Notes under the pieces: model-generated | Databases searched by the model: none | What the model was told of the DNA's origin: nothing | Seen by the model: only the letters and a program-made list of their open reading frames with translations | Assembly (NCBI GenBank): GCA_964585305.1 | Contig: CAZPDM010000013.1 | Span: 1 to 64,000 of the forward strand | From: an uncultured Planctomycetota bacterium | Lineage (GTDB): Bacteria; Planctomycetota; Uabimicrobiia; Uabimicrobiales; JABWCH01 | Length of the DNA stretch: 64,000 bases | Reading direction: 5' to 3' | Shown here: positions 59,767 through 64,000 of the stretch, piece after piece | Layout: every line of letters begins with the position of its first letter | Numbering within the stretch: position 1 is the stretch's first letter | Made by a program: the position numbers and the translations under genes

Positions 59767-59806
59767 CACTTAGCAAGAAATTTCAGAATCTGAATTTCTT
59801 GCTAAG
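59767..59806 (+). terminator. 14-bp inverted repeat (CTTAGCAAGAAATT / AATTTCTTGCTAAG) between the RND gene and the sigma-54 regulator gene; terminator or operator-like
   Basis: Perfect palindromic arms. The downstream T-tract is weak. Confidence 0.4.
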
Positions 59807-59827
59807 AAATTATTGAATTTTTTAGAA

Positions 59828-61243
59828 ATGGAACCAGAAATAATGGTGTGTAAATTAAAAAAAGAACCAAATACTCAAAATAAATCGAAAAGTCATCTAA
59901 GTACAGCTAACGCTAATGCTATTTTACAAAGTATTTCTGATGGTGTGTTTACTGTTGATACCAATTGGAAAGTAACTTCTTTCAATCGAGCTGCTGAAGA
60001 AATTACAGGAATTTCACCAAGCGAAGCTATAGGAAAATATTGTTTTGAAGTCTTTCGATCTAGTATGTGTGAAACAGAATGTGCATTGCGTAAGACATTA
60101 GAAACAGGAAATCCTATTGTTAATAAATCATGTTTTATTATTGACGCTCAAGGAAACCATATTCCAATTAGTGTATCTACAGCTGTACTTAAAGATGATG
60201 AAGGAAATATAATTGGAGGAGCAGAGACATTTCGTGATCTAAGCGATGTAGAAGACTTACGTAAAAAGGTAGAAGGTATTTTTAAAATTGGAGATATTAT
60301 TAGTCGTAGTCATACTATGAAAAAGGTATCTGTTATTTTACCTTCGATTGCAGCTAGTGATAGTACTGTTCTTATTCAAGGGGAAACTGGAACTGGAAAA
60401 GAACTTTTGGCTCGCGCAATTCATTATTCAGGAAGACGTAAGGAAAAACCTTTTATTGCCATAAATTGTGGAGCATTACCAGATACTCTTTTAGAATCCG
60501 AGCTATTTGGTTATAAAGCAGGAGCATTTACTGGAGCAAACAAAGATAAGCCTGGACGTTTTGCCTTAGCAGAAGGCGGAACATTATTTCTGGATGAAAT
60601 TGGAGAAATCAGCCAAATGCTTCAAGTAAAGTTGCTTCGAGTTCTGCAAGAAAAAAATTATGATCCACTTGGTGCAACTCAATCTGCAAAAGCTGATGTA
60701 AGGATTGTTGCCGCGACTCATAAAGATATTTATTCTTTAGTTAAACAAGGCCTTTTTAGAGAAGACTTGTTTTATCGTATTCACGTAATTAGAATTGATC
60801 TTCCTCCACTAAGAGAAAGAAAAGAAGATATTCCTTTATTACTTGATCATTTTATTGCAAAATTTAATAAAATCCAACGTAAAAATATTGCAGGGATAAC
60901 TCAAGAATCTCTTGCTTTGCTTATGTCTTACAATTGGCCTGGTAATATTAGAGAATTAGAAAATTTTATTGAACGGGCATTTATTCTTTGTTCTGAGGGA
61001 ATGATTGAACCAAAACATTTGTCAGAAAATTTTAGTTACTCGGAGACTAAAGTTCTAGTCTCACCATTTCATATTTCCGCTATTAAGCAAACGATTGAAG
61101 CAGAGGCAATTTTAGAAGCTTTAAAAAGAAATAATTTCAATCGTTTGGCGGCTGCAAAAGAATTGGGAATTCATAAAAGTACGTTTTTTCGTAAAATTAA
61201 ATCATTAGGAATATCTCTTCCTTCTAAACAAGAAGAAAACTAA
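59828..61243 (+). CDS. Sigma-54-dependent transcriptional activator (PAS sensor + AAA+ sigma-54 interaction + Fis-type HTH; no receiver domain)
   Basis: PAS-like N-terminus. Walker A GETGTGKE, GAFTGA motif (GYKAGAFTGA), Walker B LFLDEIGE. C-terminal HTH (NRLAAAKELGIHKSTFFRKIK). The start is uncertain (TTG at 59813 or ATG at 59828). Confidence 0.85.
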   Translation: MEPEIMVCKLKKEPNTQNKSKSHLSTANANAILQSISDGVFTVDTNWKVTSFNRAAEEITGISPSEAIGKYCFEVFRSSMCETECALRKTLETGNPIVNKSCFIIDAQGNHIPISVSTAVLKDDEGNIIGGAETFRDLSDVEDLRKKVEGIFKIGDIISRSHTMKKVSVILPSIAASDSTVLIQGETGTGKELLARAIHYSGRRKEKPFIAINCGALPDTLLESELFGYKAGAFTGANKDKPGRFALAEGGTLFLDEIGEISQMLQVKLLRVLQEKNYDPLGATQSAKADVRIVAATHKDIYSLVKQGLFREDLFYRIHVIRIDLPPLRERKEDIPLLLDHFIAKFNKIQRKNIAGITQESLALLMSYNWPGNIRELENFIERAFILCSEGMIEPKHLSENFSYSETKVLVSPFHISAIKQTIEAEAILEALKRNNFNRLAAAKELGIHKSTFFRKIKSLGISLPSKQEEN

Positions 61244-61245
61244 AG

Positions 61246-61272
61246 GACTAAGTTACACTTAGTCTTTTTTTT
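61246..61272 (+). terminator. Rho-independent terminator after the sigma-54 activator gene (GACTAAG-ttaca-CTTAGTC + T8)
   Basis: 7-bp stem followed by 8 T. Confidence 0.75.
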
Positions 61273-61362
61273 GCTACTTAAATAAAAAAATGAGTCGCAT
61301 TTTTGCGACTTATATAATTTGAATTACTTGATAAAATCAGCTTTCTACCGATTTATTTTATA

Positions 61363-61378
61363 TGGCATACATTTTGCT
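61363..61378 (+). promoter_or_regulatory. Sigma-54 (-24/-12) promoter: TGGCAT-ACATT-TTGCT
   Basis: The GG and GC dinucleotides are separated by exactly 10 nt, matching the TGGCAC-N5-TTGCW consensus. It lies about 105 nt upstream of the first NifX-like gene and directly downstream of a sigma-54 activator. Confidence 0.6.
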
Positions 61379-61484
61379 AGTTAAATGCTAATTAAAATAG
61401 AAGTGCGAGAATGTACCATCTTTTTAGAAGTGGTATTCGAAAAAATAATTTTATAACCGTTATTTTCGAGATAGGGGGAATTCT

Positions 61485-61859
61485 GTGAAAGTCGCCATTA
61501 CAATTTGGAATGAGCATATTTCTCCTGTTTTTGATGTATGTAAAAAAATGCTTATTTTAGATATTCAGGATAAGAAGATTATTTCGCAAAGAGAAGAAAA
61601 TTTTATTGATGACGATCCTTTAAAAAAAATATCTCAATTAAGTTATTTTTCTATTCATACATTGATTTGTGGGGCAATATCAAAAAACTTAGCCGATGAA
61701 CTTTCTTCTTTAAATATCAAAATTATCCCTTTTATCTCTGGAAAAATAGAAAATGTTATTTTCGCTTATATTTCCGACCAATTATTAGAAAGTTCTTTTC
61801 TTATGCCAGGATGCAGGAAGAGATGCCAAAGGCGAAAAAGAAATTGTTGTAAAAAATAA
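61485..61859 (+). CDS. NifX/NifB-like (dinitrogenase FeMo-cofactor family fold) small protein with Cys/Arg-rich C-terminal tail
   Basis: MKVAITIWNEHISPVFDVCKKMLILDI...LICGAISKNLADELSSLNIKIIP fits the NifX-like single-domain pattern. C-terminal PGCRKRCQRRKRNCCKK. Confidence 0.5.
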   Translation: MKVAITIWNEHISPVFDVCKKMLILDIQDKKIISQREENFIDDDPLKKISQLSYFSIHTLICGAISKNLADELSSLNIKIIPFISGKIENVIFAYISDQLLESSFLMPGCRKRCQRRKRNCCKK

Positions 61860-61883
61860 AAAAAATTTTTGAAAGGAAATGTT

Positions 61884-62174
61884 ATGCCAGGAAAAAATGG
61901 AATGGGTCCTAATGGATTAGGGCCAATGACAGGACGTGCTGCTGGATATTGTGCAAGAAATCATAATTTGGGGCAATTCGGATTTCAAGGGAGAAGGCGA
62001 AATTGTTTTTGTCAAAATAATATTCCAGGCTGGAGATGGGCAAATCAAAATATTCCACCAAATGTTGAATACGAAAAAAATTATTTAACAATACAAGCTC
62101 AGGAAATAGAAAAACAGTTATCTCAAATTAAAAATCGTCTATCTGAAATAGAATCTGCTGAAAAGCAAAAATAA
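61884..62174 (+). CDS. DUF5320-like small protein (Gly/Pro-rich N-terminus, C-terminal coiled-coil)
   Basis: MPGKNGMGPNGLGPMTGRAAGYCAR resembles the DUF5320 N-terminal signature (MPrgDGTGPmGmGPmTGRgaGyC). The ATG at 61884 has an AAAGGA RBS. Confidence 0.5.
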   Translation: MPGKNGMGPNGLGPMTGRAAGYCARNHNLGQFGFQGRRRNCFCQNNIPGWRWANQNIPPNVEYEKNYLTIQAQEIEKQLSQIKNRLSEIESAEKQK

Positions 62175-62204
62175 TAAAGACTACAAAGACAAAGGAGTCT
62201 AAGC

Positions 62205-62561
62205 GTGAAAATTGCGTTTACTACATCTGGAATAACTTTGAAAGATTCTTTAGATCCTCGTTTTGGACGTGCTCCTAAATTTTTGATTTATGATTTGGAA
62301 AATAATGTTTTTGATATAATAGATAATCAAAAAAATTTAAATGCAGCACAGGGAGCTGGTATACAATCTGCGGAAACAATAGTCAAGGCAGGTGTTAATG
62401 CTCTGGTTACTGGACATTGCGGACCAAAAGCATTTCGTGTTCTTTCTACAGCAGGAATTACTATTTATAACACAGATGCTACTACCATTGATCTTGCTCT
62501 AGATCAATTCCGATCTGGCAAACTTAATCAAGTTACATCTGCTAATGCTGAAGGACACTAG
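62205..62561 (+). CDS. NifX/NifB-like (dinitrogenase FeMo-cofactor family) domain protein
   Basis: MKIAFTTSGITLKDSLDPRFGRAPKFLIYDLEN...NALVTGHCGPKAFRVLSTAGITIYN is a canonical NifX/NafY-like pattern. GTG start with an AAAGGAG RBS. Confidence 0.75.
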   Translation: MKIAFTTSGITLKDSLDPRFGRAPKFLIYDLENNVFDIIDNQKNLNAAQGAGIQSAETIVKAGVNALVTGHCGPKAFRVLSTAGITIYNTDATTIDLALDQFRSGKLNQVTSANAEGH

Positions 62562-62563
62562 GA

Positions 62564-63403
62564 ATGCTTATTTCCGTAGCTTCAGGCAAAGGCGGCACTG
62601 GAAAAACAACAGTATCTGTTAATTTAGCTAGGATACTTGAAAATGTACAACTCCTAGATTGTGATGTCGAGGAACCAAATGCAAACTTATTTCTTAAAGG
62701 AAATATAACTAAACAGGAAACTGTTACAGTTTCTATTCCTGAAATTGATAAAAATATTTGTAATTTTTGCGGAGAATGTAGCAAATTTTGCCAATATAAT
62801 GCAATAGTTTCTCTTCAGCAAATGATTCTTATATTTACTGAGCTTTGTCATAGTTGTGGGGGGTGTTTAAAAGCTTGCCCTAATAAAGCCATTCGAGAAG
62901 TTGAAAAACGTATTGGGGTGGTTAAAACTTTAGAATCAAATAATATTACTCTGGTGCAAGGTAGTATTGATGTGGGAGTAGCAATGGTAACACCTGTTAT
63001 TAAAGCGGTTAAAAAACTTGCCCAAAATAAAATAGTAATACTTGATGCGCCACCAGGAACTTCTTGCCCTGTAATTACAACAATAGAAGGTTCAGACTTT
63101 GTAGTATTAGTTACCGAACCTACTCCCTTCGGAATGAATGATCTTAAATTGGCTGTAGAAATGGTAAAGAAAATAGATATTCCTTTTGGCATAGTCATCA
63201 ATCGCTTGGGAATTGGTGATGATAGAATCCATGTATTTTGTAAACAGCAGAATATTCCCATTCTTTTAGAAATTCCTGACGATCGTAGAATTGCTCAGGC
63301 TTATTCCAGGGGAGAAATTATAGTAGATTCTTTACCAGAATATAGAAATTATTTTGAAAACCTTTGGAAAAAAATTGTAGAATTACAAAAGAAGTCCATC
63401 TAA
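62564..63403 (+). CDS. MinD/ParA-superfamily P-loop ATPase with an inserted double [4Fe-4S] ferredoxin-like domain
   Basis: Deviant Walker A SGKGGTGKTT. Two CxxCxxCxxxCP motifs (CNFCGECSKFCQ; CHSCGGCLKACP). Confidence 0.75.
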   Translation: MLISVASGKGGTGKTTVSVNLARILENVQLLDCDVEEPNANLFLKGNITKQETVTVSIPEIDKNICNFCGECSKFCQYNAIVSLQQMILIFTELCHSCGGCLKACPNKAIREVEKRIGVVKTLESNNITLVQGSIDVGVAMVTPVIKAVKKLAQNKIVILDAPPGTSCPVITTIEGSDFVVLVTEPTPFGMNDLKLAVEMVKKIDIPFGIVINRLGIGDDRIHVFCKQQNIPILLEIPDDRRIAQAYSRGEIIVDSLPEYRNYFENLWKKIVELQKKSI

Positions 63404-63428
63404 AGTTAATGAATAAAGGGAATATAAA

Positions 63429-63680
63429 ATGCCAATTTATGAATATGAATGTAGTTCATGTGGTTTTAAATTTGAACGACAACAGAGTATGACAGATGCT
63501 CCAATTAGAGAATGCCCAGAATGCAAAGGTGAAGTTAAAAAAATTGTGAGTGGCGGTTCTGGTTTTATTTTCAAAAATTCTGGACAAAAAAATGGGCATA
63601 GTTGTTCTTTAGAATCGACAGGAAGAACTTGTTGCGGCAGAGAAAATCGCTGCGACAGTTCACCGTGTGGAAAAAACTAA
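63429..63680 (+). CDS. FmdB-family zinc-ribbon protein with Cys-rich C-terminus
   Basis: MPIYEYECSSCGFKFE...CPECKG, and additional Cys residues at the C-terminus. Confidence 0.65.
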   Translation: MPIYEYECSSCGFKFERQQSMTDAPIRECPECKGEVKKIVSGGSGFIFKNSGQKNGHSCSLESTGRTCCGRENRCDSSPCGKN

Positions 63681-63755
63681 ATTTTGTCAAAGATGGTCTA
63701 ATAGAAATAGATCAGCATTTTTATTTGATCAAAAGATAGAAAAAAAGGTAGAATT

Positions 63756-64000
63756 ATGAATGAATTGCGAACACAAATAAAAGAATTTGTGATTATTAGT
63801 GGAAAAGGAGGAACTGGTAAAACTAGTTTAACTGCGGCATTTGCTGCTCTTGCAAATCATCCTGTTATTGTAGATTGTGATGTGGATGCTGCAGATTTGC
63901 ATCTTATACTTTTGCCTCAAATTAAAAAATTGTATGAATTTCGCAGTGGACATGAAGCAACAATTCGTCAGGAAGATTGTGTTAAATGTGGAGATTGTTT
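63756..64000 (+). CDS. Second MinD/ParA-type ATPase with ferredoxin-like insertion (3'-truncated by the window edge)
   Basis: ISGKGGTGKTS deviant Walker A. CVKCGDC at the window edge begins a 4Fe-4S motif. Confidence 0.7.
   Translation, partial: MNELRTQIKEFVIISGKGGTGKTSLTAAFAALANHPVIVDCDVDAADLHLILLPQIKKLYEFRSGHEATIRQEDCVKCGDC

Noticed and set aside
61485-64000. Nitrogen-fixation (nif) locus
   Set aside because: The NifX-like fold occurs in many non-diazotrophs. No nifH/D/K/E/N/B radical-SAM domain is present. I treat it as a function-unknown NifX-like / MinD-ferredoxin cluster.

Overview
This is an AT-rich (about one-third G+C by eye), gene-dense chromosomal segment. It most likely comes from a low-GC, diderm, probably anaerobic bacterium. 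Supporting that: PEP-CTERM sorting signals, an MlaE-type permease, an RND efflux pump, a sigma-54 activator with a matching -24/-12 promoter, MurJ, and an anaerobe-type NifX-like/MinD-ferredoxin gene cluster. I saw no transposase, integrase, phage genes or CRISPR array.

Recognisable housekeeping genes (nusB, rsmE, pruA, murJ, galK, manA, ettA, two tandem tRNA-Asn, ridA) are interleaved with accessory or unusual content:
- An M3-like metallopeptidase (gene runs off the window's 5' edge) whose N-terminus carries 12 or more perfect EQPKVETPV repeats, with nucleotide differences only at synonymous sites.
- Two tandem ArnT/PMT-type (GT39/GT83-like) membrane glycosyltransferase paralogs.
- A 1402-aa STAND NTPase with DUF4062-like N-terminus, NACHT ATPase and about 14 WD40 repeats; this is a candidate defence or signalling gene.
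- A roughly 135-bp structured element present in two approximately 85%-identical copies, both upstream of plus-strand genes; this is a candidate ncRNA or cis-regulatory element.
- A tight three-gene operon: a membrane protein, an ABC ATPase fused to an MlaE-like permease, and an 859-aa membrane-anchored GTPase-like protein.
- Orphan 2Fe-2S and FAD subunits of a xanthine-dehydrogenase/CO-dehydrogenase-type enzyme, with no molybdopterin subunit nearby.
- Two tandem ILEI/FAM3-like domain proteins with PEP-CTERM anchors.
- A methionine gamma-lyase family enzyme with an N-terminal NifX/NifB-like domain.
- A sigma-54 regulator followed by a sigma-54 promoter and a NifX-like / DUF5320-like / MinD-ferredoxin ATPase / FmdB zinc-ribbon cluster.

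I did everything by eye from the sequence and the supplied six-frame ORF track, with no database searches. All family calls rest on motifs I could recognise.
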